NCBI GenBank assembly: GCA_009103225.1
Contig: RHPI01000818.1
Location: 408,906 to 472,905 of the forward strand
From: Chlorokybus atmophyticus
Taxonomy: Eukaryota; Plantae; Mesostigma and Chlorokybus algae
DNA length: 64,000 nt
Direction of reading: 5' to 3'
How positions within the stretch are numbered: the first letter of the stretch is position 1; each line of letters begins with the position of its first letter. Below are positions 37,200 through 49,574 of the stretch, piece by piece. The position numbers were made by a program, and so were the translations under genes. The notes below the pieces were generated by a model that ran no database searches, had not been told where the DNA came from, and saw nothing but the letters and a program-made list of their open reading frames with translations.

Positions 37200-39300
37200 C
37201 CTCGCCGGCACGGCGCCTCCCATGCGAGACCGCGTCCTTGTAACACAGCACCTGCGGTGCTGGAGTTTGCCCCGCAGCTGTTTTGGACTTCGCACGACAA
37301 TATGTAGACCGCGCCACGTCAGCCCGCACAAGTCCGTAACGAGCCTTTTGAGCCAGTCCGCTGAACACGTATTGAGACCGGCAACCCAATGTGCAGCAGC
37401 ACATCAGCGATGCAACTGGCATTCTTTTGGGTACTAACGAAGCACTAAAGACCCTCACTCGGCTTCATGAGCGCTATGCCGCTCTGAAAAAGCGTTCACC
37501 TGGCAGCAGGACCAAACTGCAGCCATCAACGCACGAGCGCAAGCCCTTGCCGCTGCTTGCGCTTCCGTTCTTGAACTTACAATCACTAGCCAATCGTCCA
37601 GCACGACAGCTCGCGCCGTTGAAACCGACATTGACCAAGCGAGGGCGCTGGCCCAACAAACCAAAGGGGTGATCGCCCCGCTGCTACCCGCCTTGGTGGA
37701 AGATTTGCCCGACGATTAACGTGATCCAGGAAGAGGCTACCTTACACCACAAGGGTGTACACAACAGGATGGAGCAGGTTGGTTGGAGAACAGCAAGTTT
37801 GCACCGCACTGTTGCGACAAGCAACCATGCTACATTGACAAGAAGGCATCGGCCTGAGACAGATGATGGGAATGCGAGAAGGTGGCAATACATCGCGAGC
37901 AAGAATAGTGACTTGGCTAGTCACCAATCACCTTGCAGTCCTTTTGTCCGTTTGTTCGCATTCGGCACCAGATTGCCATGGCTTGACGCCTTCTTTCGCT
38001 CGCTCCGGCAAGCCTATTACGAGGTGGCCTCAACAGCCACTGACACCTTTGAAAGAGCTCAAGAGACCATACTGAGGTTGCCAGGAGTGGAAGCAGCGCG
38101 ACAACGCAAACGCATCGCAGCTGCTTATATGCAGCATGTTCAACAGCCAGAGATCTACCTCACTGTGCGTGCATGAGCAACAACGGTGCTAATAGTGGGG
38201 GTGGTCAATGGCAGATGGGACGCCTACATGGCAGGGATTTTGAGGGCTCCCACCATCACTTGTGACATAAGAGCGCGGCTCCTACGTGCAGCCCATGCCT
38301 TAAAACCATCGCTGGGGTGATGTGGTCAATCTAACAGCCACATAGGAAGGTACACTAGTCAGGAAAGCGGCTCATGCTGTACGCTGGACTTATGTGGAAG
38401 AACAGGCTGCACGGAAGGCAGGCTTACAAACACCTGGTCCTCCAGGGGGTTTCCCCCACAGCCACTGGCCACGCCGCCAGGTATGACCCCGGCCACACAG
38501 AGGCGCAATCCCCCTGCGCCGCAACCAGGGCAGCCACAGGCAGCACCGCCAGCACCCAGGCTGCAGTGGGTATACCAACAGCCAAGACCATGATAGTTCG
38601 GGCCAGGCCGCGGACAGGGAGGTTTTCAAGACCCAGCCGGTCGAGGGGTGCTTGCTGCATTGCTCGACACCATCGGAGGAGACTGCAGCATCAGTCACCC
38701 CACCCAGACGCTACCGGCGGTTCAAGCGTCTGCGCATCAACGCCAATGCAGCCATGATCGCCAATAAAGGCAAGCATGTTACCATCAATGATCGAGCACC
38801 CAGGCGCGTGATGCTTGACTCTGGAGCTCAGCTTGTCATCATCGGCAGTTTCCTCGCACGCGACCTCGACATCACCAGCGCTCAGCTGATGCCCTGCCCA
38901 TATGTGCTCGACACAGCAACCGCGGCGGCCGCGACAAGGTGATTGGCATCATGAAGCAGGCCCTCTGCATTCGCTTGACAGGGTTGACCCTTCCCACAGC
39001 ACCGAGATCATTCAGAACTGTGTAGTCACCGATGTGGGATTCCTCAACCTGCTGTTGGGAAAGGACTTCAACTTTCTCTTGTTGGCATGGGGCTGGATTG
39101 CTGGACAGAGAAGGCATGGTTTCGTCCCCATTGGGATGAGGAGGATGGAGAGGTTCAAATACCTGCCTCTCGAGCTTGTGGCCCGCACTCGCTCTCACCA
39201 AAGGTTAGCTGCAACAGCTGCCTATCTATTGGTTGGCTTCGACAACCACTGTGAGATAAGCGGCAGAGGCCACCCACAACCATGACCGGAACTCTCCTAT
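37200..39300 (+). pseudogene. Gypsy-like gag and aspartic protease remnants
   Basis: WLDAFFRSLRQAY (gag-like), RVMLDSGAQLVIIG (retropepsin), LLLGKDF. Many frameshifts, no RT seen. Confidence 0.6.
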
Positions 39301-39822
39301 CCCATACTATAAGTCTCAGATGGATGCTACTGAAGAAGTGGCCCAATAGAAACCATCGGAACGCCGTTGGCGCGCACAAGCGGTCGCACATTTACTATTG
39401 ATCAGACCACGGCTCACTGCACGGTTCCCTCTCTACAAGGACCAAGCTGCAGTCCATGAGCAATACCAGGTGGCCACTGGAGTAGTGGGGTTCCACGTGT
39501 GTTGCCGACAACAAGGCATCATCGTGTTGGGACTGTTTGGAGGTATAGGTAGTGGCCTCGCCGCTGTTCTCAACACCGACGCGACGGTCACCAAGTACCC
39601 CTACTGTGACCCTTATCCACACGCATATATTGCCCCAAGCCACCACTTGCGCCGCATACACGAGTGCTACCCGCAATAGTTGCCACTATTAGCACTGCAA
39701 GGCACTCTGACGGCACTGGCACAGGACATCCGCTTAATCATTGCGGATCACCTCCTGGTTGTGAGCAACATCGACTTGCTGATAGCAGGATGGGAGTTTT
39801 AAGGCTACTCCAGAGCAGGCAG

Positions 39823-40065
39823 TGTTAAAAGTATTCCTACATATGATCAGCATCGACCCTCCACACTGGAGTAAAAGGTCATAAGGACGAGCACTAGGTC
39901 CAGACTTAGCAAGACGGCACCGTCGGACCAGATTCCGGACTCTGTACTAGAGCCTTATCAACGACTTCGTGTCTCCGCGTATACTTACTCATATTGAGCG
40001 TGTGAGAGCTAATTAGAAGGCTCTAGTTGTAAGGAAGAATGCACAGCTTAGAGCGCATGAAAAGG
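39823..40065 (+). repeat. 5' part of a family-1 copia LTR, interrupted by a family-2 element
   Basis: Similar to the reverse complement of the right-hand part of 2175-2597 and to 49575 onward. Confidence 0.85.
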
Positions 40066-41372
40066 TGTGAAGGATATTCTTGTATCCGGTCAGCTTGCCC
40101 TGTGGATAAAAATAGCCGCGAGAAGATTCAGGCGCGAAAAGGTGCCGGTCGAGAAAGGTCCAGGCGAGGACTTCAGTCGAAAACGTTCCAGGCGCGGAAT
40201 TGAGTCCAGAGTCTGGAGACTTCCAGGCGCTATAGAAGAAACGTTGTAGCTCTGAGGTTACATCATTGTATGGCGCGTCTCATAGCTTGTTGGAAAGCTC
40301 TTGAAAGTAGCTACGTGGTGCAACTTAAAGCGCAGGAATCTGTTGAGTGTAAAAGTCGTGGTGACTTCTAGAGTAGACAGGTGCAGAACTGGCGGGTATA
40401 AAAGCCCGCAGTGTGACTTTGTTGTAATCCTTAGAAAGCCTATTTGGATCAGCCTTGTGTGTATGCTCTGGTAGAGTGTGTGTGCTTGTGCTTGCACCAA
40501 CTCCATGCATGATCAGTAGTGTTCAAATCTCAATAGGTTATGGGCCCACACTACACTGGTCTAGCAAGTGTCTAAAGGCGTGATAACGGCAGTAGGCTAG
40601 GCAAGGAGTTCTAGCTGAGTCTTGTGAGGTTGGGTTGAGTCCTGGAAGATGGCAACCAACTACGACAAGGTGACCGTGGAGCCTTTGGACATGGACAACT
40701 ACAACACATGGCGCGCATGAAGATGTTGCTGGTGCACAAAGACCTATGGGAGTACGTGGATACGGAGGAAGCAGATCCCATGAGGCAGAGCATGGTGTGG
40801 AAGCAACAAAGTGGGAGAGCGCTTGCCTTGATCGGCCTTAATGTGAAGGACCATCACTTGGTGTTGATGGACGGCTGCAAGACGGCACGAGAAGCTTGGG
40901 AGAAGTTGACATCGCACTTCAAGGCGAAGAATAGCGCGAGGAAGGTGCAGCTGAAGACAGAGCTTGCTGGGTTGAAGAAGCAAGGAGCAGCGGAGATTAT
41001 TACCAAGTATGTGTCCCGTGCACGAGAGTTGCAAAAGGACCTCAAGGTGTTGGCTATGAGGTGAAAGAGTCCGAGTTGGTGTGGCAAGTATTGTCTGGGT
41101 TGCCTGAAGACTATGACACGGTAATCACAGTCTTGGAGGGCTTGGAGGCAGAACCCACGGTGGACGAGGTGGTTCCAAGATTGCTGCAGGTGGAGTCAAG
41201 GCTGGTGAAGAAGCTTGAGGAAGGCCCGGAGGCGACGGCTTTCTCAGCGACTTCAGGAAAAGGTGCTGATTGTTTTCAGCATGGGTGTGGGCGTTTCAGT
41301 GGTGATGGTGGCGGTGGTAGTGGTAGTGGAGCGTAAAAAAATGACAGGGTCCGCTACTGTTGCGGGAAGCTG
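40066..41372 (+). mobile_element. Truncated family-2 copia: 5' LTR (40066-40535), PBS, gag (ATG at 40649)
   Basis: PBS GGTTATGGGCCCA at 40536. Gag DNYNTW...MKMLLVHKDLWEYV. Ends within the Zn knuckle (RYCCGKL). Confidence 0.88.
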
Positions 41373-42432
41373 CCCGCAATAGTAGCGGACCCTGCACCGG
41401 TAATTCTGGACCCCCCAAGTTTCTGAAAATTCAGCGCATTTGCCCTGAATACTCATCTGTTTTAAGTGTGAACTCGCCACTTGCGTGGCTGCAGAGGTCG
41501 CTGTTACGATTGCTGATTATGTAGGCCAAATGCCCTGGATACAAGCAATGAATATTCACACGTTTTTGTCATGAATAATTGTAGTTGTCCATCTCGCACA
41601 CAACCTCCTACATGTGAGTAGTTATTCACTCGCAACAGAACTGTATATTCAGTCTTCTTAGGTATACATGGTCCTAGACTTGTACCATGGCACCAAGTAA
41701 TTATTCATACTTTGTGTGCGTGAATATTTACAGCGCCTGCTCTCACACTAGGTCCTCCTTATAGGTAATTATTCACACGCATATTGGCTTAATGTTCACA
41801 CATACTAAAGCTGTTTCAACAGCACATGTACCATACTAGCGAGTAATTATTCATACGATTTGTGATTGAATAATACAGCATATCTGCTCTCACACATAGT
41901 CCTATATATGAGTGGTTATTCACCCATAGTATGGTTGAACAATCACTGCTGCCTTTGGTTGATTTTTCACGCGAATTATAATTGAATAATATAGCAATTC
42001 TGCTCACACACATAGTCCTACATGTAAGTGGTTATTCACTCACAGTTTGGTTGAATAATCACTGCATCTTGCTATCGTCAACAGCTGTGACATAGCATAG
42101 CTGCGACATAGCACATACCAATCAGTCCAGCCGGTGAATTTGGACAGCAATGTCAGATGAATGGCAGCTGACTCAAACAACAAATTCACTGATGTCTACA
42201 ATGTATCTCTGCTACCTACTTCTTGCTGCCTCAACCACGCCCACCGCGCCCACCCCGGCTGCCCTTCCCACGGCCCCTCCCGCACTGTGTGGTTGTGCCT
42301 TCCTTTACTGGCTCCCTCACCTTGATACTCTTCAGCAACCCAACAGGTAAAAGTAGCAACAAATCCGGCTCGCACTTTGCGCATACATCAACCACATATG
42401 AACCCAGCTGACTTGCACAATGTTGAAACTGT

Positions 42433-44720
42433 TCATGCAATCGCATGCACACAAACGCGTTCACCTTTCAAGTGGGTCACTTGCACTCCAACCCCATCAC
42501 GCTTGAAGCTGATTGGCAGAGGCACAACCTCTTCTTCCCCTGGTCCGGGACGTCTGGTCTTAGTGATGGGAAGACTGCGGCTGAACTGGACCACCATGTT
42601 GCCCTCTCCAATCTTCTTGCCATGAATTTTGTTGACAGGATCGATGTCGCTTACGTGCGCCTCCCCTACTGGTTCTTTGCGCCCGTTAATGAACAATTGG
42701 ACTTCACTGCCAACCTTCATCGTCGGTGCGGTGTCGTCCTTGTCGCTCAGCTCTTCCTGCGCATGCAAGTGACAAACACATCAAGACATACACACATACA
42801 CAGATGTGATCTCTCATACAGCGCTTGCGAAGCGACACGCCTTCTGCGAGTCGTTGTCGCTGTTGTTGGGGCTGTCCCCCTCGCTATCCGGGGCGCTGTC
42901 CTTGGCGCCATCTTCACCGCTGTTCTTGCTTTTATCTGTCTCAAGCATTTTTGAATACGTTGGCTCATCCTGCGCGACAAGATGACACGACGTGTTAACA
43001 AGCTTACAACCGTCACGCAACGAATGCGTGCCTGCCGCAGGTGACAGTTTGTGTGCAGCCAGAAGAACGCAAGAAGCCCATAAGATCAAGTCAAGACATG
43101 GTGCTTTCATACCTCCTTTTGCTTGCCGCTTCTTCTCCAACACCGTCTCTTGCTTGCCAGTCGAGTGGCCTGCCTCCTGAGACTTGTAGGGAGCCGGTAT
43201 CGACCGAACAGTTTTGTTTGTTTTCTTTTTGGGGGGGCTTGACACCTCATCCTCCTGCCAACAGCATGAAGTCAGATGGTGAGCCACAACTCAGTGCACT
43301 GCCGCTCTATCAAGTCCAATGCTGCGTACCTCACCAGACACTTTGCGCTTCCCTGAGCTGCTGTCACGCACATCAGCACCCTGCTTGGCACGTGCCTGAA
43401 CACAACAGTCATGAACGATCATGAACACATGTTTAGCAAAGAACAAGCAGGAGCGGCATCTAACATGTGAACCAGTAGCGGGAGAACTTGAGGGTTGTGG
43501 TGCAATGCCTTCCTTGTTACCTGTCGCATACACAAGGCACCAATCACAAAAGCCTGCATACACACACAGTACTCCAGCAGCTGCCTGCGCGCGCAAGACG
43601 CGGCTCACGCTGCGAGGTGCCACTTCTGTCGTCGCTGGCGTCGCTGGCGGGATGTGAACGCGTGGGCGCCGTGCAATTACAAGGGGTCATTATACACACC
43701 ACACAACCTGCATACATAAGGCACCATCAAACACAAAGCATCGTTCTCAACACGACATTGACAAAGCCAACTTTGTGCAAACTATAGGTCACCCTATAAG
43801 GTGGCATCCTCGTCGTCGCTGGCAGATTGCACTTCTTTTGACTTCTTGGGCTTCTTCTTGTTGGCTTTCTATTAAGCACATGGCAAAGGCACTCAAGACA
43901 TGCACATCGCACAAACACCTTAGTCACTACATGACACACACCTTGTTGTTCTTGTCGCTAGGCCCTCCCTGGCGCCTTGGCACAAAGCCCCCCGCGAAAG
44001 CCTTCTCCATCATCTCCTTGTAACGCTTCCGACTCGTTTCTTTCTGCTTCTCTTTGTGCTTGGGGTTGCTGTATCCCTTTTTGTTGCCCAGATACTGTTG
44101 AATCTTCAAACGCGCCTACCCACCAATGCAGAAATTGTGAAGGCCAACACATGCAAAGCAAACTCCTCCCAGCTCAGACAATGCTGCCATATTGCATGAC
44201 GGCTCATGTAACTGTGGGAAATTGCCAACCATTTGATAGGAGAGCTCTGGATTCAGCAGATGCCAGCATTTGGTTGCAAGAGCGAACTTGAATGGGTCCG
44301 GCTTCGTTTGAGTCTTCCCCGGCATCATGCGACAGTACTCGTAGCAAATCCGGCCTTTGTCGGCCAGCTTGGTGACCTTGCGACGATCACGGGCATGATG
44401 CTTTTCACGCCAATGTAGGATCTTCAGTGCCTGCTTAGTTTACATTGGTGCACTAGTACAACATGGGACGAAACAGACTTTGGCAGCAAGGTCTGACATT
44501 GATTGCGGATGCTTGATGCATAAGCTCACTTTTAAGCAGACCATTGCCGTGGTCTCAAGATCACGCAGGTGAACAGTCGCCTCACTGGTTTCCCACTCAT
44601 GCTGCAGCTGCTCATCAGAAGGACCACCAGCATTTTTCCCCCATGTCTCTTCGTCCAAATTCTCCCATCGTTCGCTGCAGTTGCTGGACCGCCCACCCGA
44701 CGTGGTGCCTGACATGATGA
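42433..44720 (-). pseudogene. TnpA/Tnp1-like (En/Spm ORF2-like) gene, multi-exon; 5' exons may extend to about 47300
   Basis: C-terminal VGSEVQLFING...VGEAHVSDIDPVNKIHGKKIGEGNMVVQF resembles the En/Spm Tnp1 C-terminal domain. Basic and acidic low-complexity exons upstream. Confidence 0.5.
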
Positions 44721-44908
44721 TGCCCTCCTGTAGATAGATCAAGCTTGCTTTACAAGTCAGTTGCAACCGCAACCCTAATCAACCTCAAGTCTTGGTTGAC
44801 TCAAGTGACTGCAGGTTGTAAGCCATGTGGACTTGCTTGTTGACTTGTCACAGCAAGCAAGTCATGTACCTTGCAAAAGAATTGTCCTCAAGCTGCTTGC
44901 ACAAAGGC

Positions 44909-45493
44909 GTGCTTGTGAACTTGTCAAACAGGCACCTAGCAAGCCAAACACCTAGTACCTTGTAGAGTAGAAGCTTCTTCAGCTTCTTTCCAGCTGAACA
45001 CGAGAAAGGTAAGCCTAACAGCAAGCTAGCGGGCAAATGGCATGTGCATGCACAATATGTGCTTGTGAACTTGTCAAACAGGCACCCAGCAAGCCAAAAA
45101 CCCAATACCTTGTAGAGTAGAAGCTGCTTCAGCTTCTTTCCAGCTGAACACGACAAAGGTAAGCCGAACAGCAAGCTAGCAGGCAAATGGCATGTGCATG
45201 CACAAACATGTGCTTGTGAACTTGTCAAACATGCACACTGCAAGCCAAACACCCAGTACCTTGTAGAGTAGAAGCTGCTTCAGCTTCTTTCCAGCTAAAC
45301 ACGACAAAGGTAAGCCTAACAGCAAGCTAGCAGGCAAATAGCATGTGCATGCACAAACATGTGCTTGTGAACTTGTCAAACAGGCACACTGCAAGCCAAA
45401 CACCCAGTACCTTGTAGAGTAGAAGCTGCTTCAGCTTCTTTCCAGCAAAACACGACAAAGGTAAGCCTAACAGCAAGCTAGCAGGCAAATGGC
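44909..45493. repeat. Tandem repeat, 4 x 150-151 bp
   Basis: GTGCTTGTGAACTTGTCAAAC recurs at 44909, 45059, 45210 and 45361. Confidence 0.93.
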
Positions 45494-46529
45494 AGTCCAG
45501 AATGCTAGCGGCACAACACCATGCTGCATTTGCTAATTGCAACAAAGTGACCCAGCATGCAACCACCAGAAGAGCAGTGCGACAAGACAGCTGACAACGC
45601 TCGCTCACCTCGCCACAGCGCCGCCGCCGCCAACACAACCAGCAAGTACGCCGGTGCTGTGGGACAATCAGTGCAATTCCCGGTGCGGAAATCCCTGCAA
45701 TCAATGGAATGCAGTGATCATTCGGAATTTCCACATCAGCAATTGTGCTGGTCGGACACCAGTCGCGTCTTCGCTTGCTCCGACCACAATAGGCCGCACG
45801 AGCAATTGCCGCGGAAATTGCCTTTTGTCGAAACTTTGATTGCCAAAATGACCTCTATGTTTATTGGTCTATACAAACCAAGCGAAATTACATTCTCTAT
45901 TTCCGATGAAATCGTCCATGTCCGAGGACGGTGTCTGTGTGGCTTACCCCAAACTATAAGTAACCCTAACCCAAACATCCAATGCATGCTGGTAGTTGTG
46001 CTGCAACAATGGACGCCCCTGTACCCATGCGCACCATGAATGATGCTCTAACGCAGGCGCTGGTTGACTCTGACCTGCTGCCGATTCTCCAAGTGTGGAT
46101 GTTGCAGTTGCTTGTTCAATTGCCTTTGGTGATATGAGTGGATCGTGTGCAATTGTGCAAAGGCAACGAAACAGCAATGGCAAAGGCCACATGGTAGATA
46201 TCAGTAGCTTAAAAGCAACCACCACAACAGTATTCACATCCAGAACTGTAAATACCACAAACCAATTGCACAACAACAACTACACAACTATACAACTACT
46301 CGCACATGACTACCTATCTACTGCTGCTGCATGCAAGCATAAACTATAGGCCGTGTGGAAGGATGACGCTCAGACCCCTTGTGTAGATTGCGTCATGGTC
46401 ATAGCATAGCCATTAAGGCAAAGCGGCTTGCGCTCAAAACTGTTGGAACACAAAATAACCATGCAAGCAGCCAACACTGGCAAACCCCCACACAACTGAC
46501 AGGCGAACACACGCGCGCGCGCACACACG

Positions 46530-47075
46530 CAAGGGAGGACACTGAGGGCTTGCAATCAGCTGCCCCAGCAGCTCACCAACTCACACAAAAAGCACACACA
46601 GGACACTAAGGGCTTGCATGTCGCCCCAGTGCCTCACCAACTCATACACATGCACATTCATGCGACATGCACATATTTGTCCGGCGTTGTCCACTGCAGC
46701 TATGTCATCAACAGAGTCACAAAAACATTCACCCAGTCCACACCACAGGGCCGGTTTGAGGTCTTACAGACCGCCCCAGCTCCTCACCAACACATTCATA
46801 AAAAAACAAAACCACAAGGCAGGACACTGAGGTCTTACAGACCGCCCCAGCGACTCACCAGCACACATGCACAGAAACACAAACACAAGGCAGGTCACTG
46901 AGGTCTTACAGACCGCCCCAGTGACTCACCAACAGAATCACAGAAACAAAACCACAAGGCAGGTCACTGAGGGCTTACATGCCGCCCCAGTGAATCACTA
47001 ACACATGCAAAAAACGGAAACCACAAGGCAGGACACTGAGGGCTTACATGCCGCCCAAGTGAATGACCAGCACAC
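46530..47075. repeat. Minisatellite, ~70-bp unit, about 7 copies
   Basis: CACAAGGCAGG(A/T)CACTGAGG(T/G)CTTACA...GCCCCAG..ACTCACCA core plus an A/C-rich variable part. Confidence 0.88.
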
Positions 47076-47319
47076 ATACACACACGCACGCGCACAAACA
47101 AAACATGCAGGCAGACAGGCTTGCACGTATCTGCCTAAGTAGCTCTGCATCAACCAAGGATGGCTGCCGCCGTCGCTGCCAACCTCAAGCACCTCGCCGC
47201 CGACCACGCCGCCCACAACCTTATAACCAAAGACGCTGCCGCGGCCGACCAAGACAACCTCGCCGCCGACCACAACAACCTCCCCGCCACCAACCTTGCA
47301 AACTACAACAACTTACAAA

Positions 47320-47580
47320 AACATTAGGGTTAGGGATGCCGGCTATGGCGTCAAAGGTGATAGCCCATCACTGATGGACCATCACTGATGGCACTGACAT
47401 CATGTCAGTCCTGCACACTTCAGGTACGGTCTAACCATCACGCCAATCCTGACATCCATCAAGCCAGCGTGACAAGACACTCAATGCCCTATATAGAATG
47501 CGTGACGCGCGCTACAGTCCCTGGTGTACATTGTGACGATTACGCTTATGAGTTAGGGTTTGCTTAGGGTTTTGGTAGAT
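47320..47580. promoter_or_regulatory. Putative bidirectional promoter with telo-box-like motifs, between the TnpA-like (-) and OTU (+) genes
   Basis: TTAGGGTTAGGG at about 47325 and TTAGGGTTT twice at about 47555-47572. GCG-rich leaders on both sides. Confidence 0.45.
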
Positions 47581-48329
47581 CGAGCAGACAACTTGCAACT
47601 AGCAAGGCTGGGCGGCAAGGGCGGCGTTGTGGGCGAGGTCGGCGGCGGCGTTGGCTTCATTGCTGAAGTGCAAGTGTTGTGTTTTCGCTTGGTTGTTGTA
47701 GTTACTTCATTGGGTCCGAGAACCCTGGCGAGGTGTTTTTTTGCAGCTTCGGGTGGGCTTGCTGGAGGGTTTTGGCACTGCTTCCAACAAGGTGCAGCAC
47801 ATGCCGTGCTTGTCTTTGTTTGCATGCATGCCCGCTTGAGCATTTCGCTAACTATCAAAAGTGCATGTTGTCTATGTTGTTAGCCACCACTTGATGCTAA
47901 TCAGAGGGGCGGCCTCGTGCGTAAGACCACCTCTTGCTCAGTTTACAAGCTGTTTTATTTGAGCATGCACTCTTGTTAGCCACCACTTGATGCTAACCAG
48001 AGGGGCGGCCTCGTGCGTAAGACCACCTCTTGCTCAGCTTCCAAGCTGTTTTATTTGAGCATGCAGTTATCATTGTGGCTGAGGCTAAAGTGTGCATGCT
48101 CAGGCTTGTCTGCATGCTTAAATAGGCAGCCGTGTGTGTGTGTGCATGCTCAAGTGCTCATGTTGCTCGACTATGTGTGCTTGTTTTTGGCTGTGAGGCT
48201 TTCCTCAGGTCGTTTATCATGTCCAAACGAAAGCTCGTTCCCCTTGGCCAGTTTAAGCCTGCAGGTAATAAGTAATGTATTCGATGTTCAGCATGATTAT
48301 TGTTAACATGTGGTAACACTGGTCATGCA

Positions 48330-49574
48330 CACAGACAAGAAGCACAAGGGTCCAACGCACAAGAAGGAACCTACTAAGAAGGAAGCTGTCCTGCGGAAAC
48401 CCTGCAAGAAATCAAGTAATGTAGCGCTGTTCCAGCTGACTGTACTAACGCATGCTCATTGCGGTTGTTTGCCACCATTGTTGCAATAACACTGTCTATT
48501 GCAGACCTGATTGACACCACAAAGGCTCAGTTGCTGGAGGGGTCCAATAATTGGCGGAAACTAAGGGAGGAGGAGAAGGCTGGGAAGGCGAAAATGTCCA
48601 CAGAATACAGTTGGGATGTCGTGGTTTAAGTAATGCAGAAGAACATGAATGAAGATCCTCGCTTGCTTGAGCTCGACAAGAACTTGCAGATTTGCCTACG
48701 GAAGTTCGTGGAGGACCAGCTCAGGCTTTGTGATCCGGAGGCAGCTGCTAGGGGTATGGACCTCGGGCATTTTGGCCTTGAAGATGTTGTTACCGATAAT
48801 GACATCCATGAAGAAACGAAGACAAAGTGGGGAAAGAATTCTCTGACTGGAGGAAAGCGAAGGCAAAGAGCAAGAACCTCTTGTCATGGGGTGAGCTGGT
48901 GGTCTTTATCAAGAAAGCGCTGTGCAAACCAGACTTGGCTTCCCTCAATCGAGAATGGAGGCTCAAGCTACGGCAGTATGTGGAGGAAGAGCTAAGGCTA
49001 TGTGATCCAGAGGCAGCTGCTATGGGCATCGACATCGGGGAATACGGTCTTGACCACGAAGTAGAGGCGCCTAAGCAGCAAGTGGAGGCCCAAGCCAAGC
49101 AGCAAGCCAACGCGGAGGCCAAGCAGCAAGTGGAGGCCCAAGCCAAGCAGCAAGCCGACGCGGAGGCCAAGCAGCAAGCGGAGGATGAAGCCAAGCAGCA
49201 AGCGGATGCTGAGTCCAAGCAGCAAGCCGAGGCGGAGGCCCAGCAGAAAGCTGAGGCGGAGGCCAAGCACAAAGCTGAGGCCCCACCCAAGTCCCAGACT
49301 GCACAAAAGCAGAAAGGGCCTCGACCTGAAGCCGGTATCTCTGCTTCTGCTGTTAAACCAGAAGACGGTCTACCTCCAGCAAAAACGGAGGGCGAGTTAG
49401 AGCTGGTTGGGCTGTTGCACCGGCTTCGGCTTTTCAATGCCTATGCAGATGGGAATTGCTTTAATGCCTGCCTTGCCCAGTCGCGCCCTCACGTGAACTG
49501 CGTGCTTGACATGCGCGAACGCAGCGGACAACGGGTCTTTCTGGCGAAGCATTGTGCTGGACAATGGCAAACAG
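48330..49574 (+). pseudogene. OTU-protease gene of element A (paralog of 61264-63725), cut by an LTR insertion
   Basis: LRLFNAYADGNCFNACLAQSRP, AEAKQQ repeats, two copies of an N-terminal helical repeat. After a frameshift it reads FWRSIVLDNGK up to the LTR. Confidence 0.85.

Larger units (their letters stand above)
41395..49574. mobile_element. CACTA/EnSpm element A (CACCGG terminus), truncated on the right by an LTR
   Basis: Terminus CACCGGTAATTCTGGACCCCCC, similar to 51650. More than a dozen TTATTCA/TGAATAA subterminal repeats to about 42070. Carries TnpA-like and OTU genes homologous to element B. Confidence 0.75.

Noticed and set aside
45660-45790. DHCIPL as an HNH motif, and AATTCCCGGTG (about 45675-45685) as the right TIR of element A
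   Set aside because: The downstream N/H residues are missing. The TIR-like match is only about 11 nt, has no subterminal repeats or TSD, and element homology continues beyond it.
46530-47075. Repeat-spacer look resembling a CRISPR array
   Set aside because: The variable parts are related A/C-rich sequence, not unique spacers. The context is eukaryotic and intronic, and there are no cas genes.
47320-47580. TTAGGG motifs as an interstitial telomere
   Set aside because: Only 1-2 units at a time, located at gene starts, so better explained as telo-box promoter motifs.
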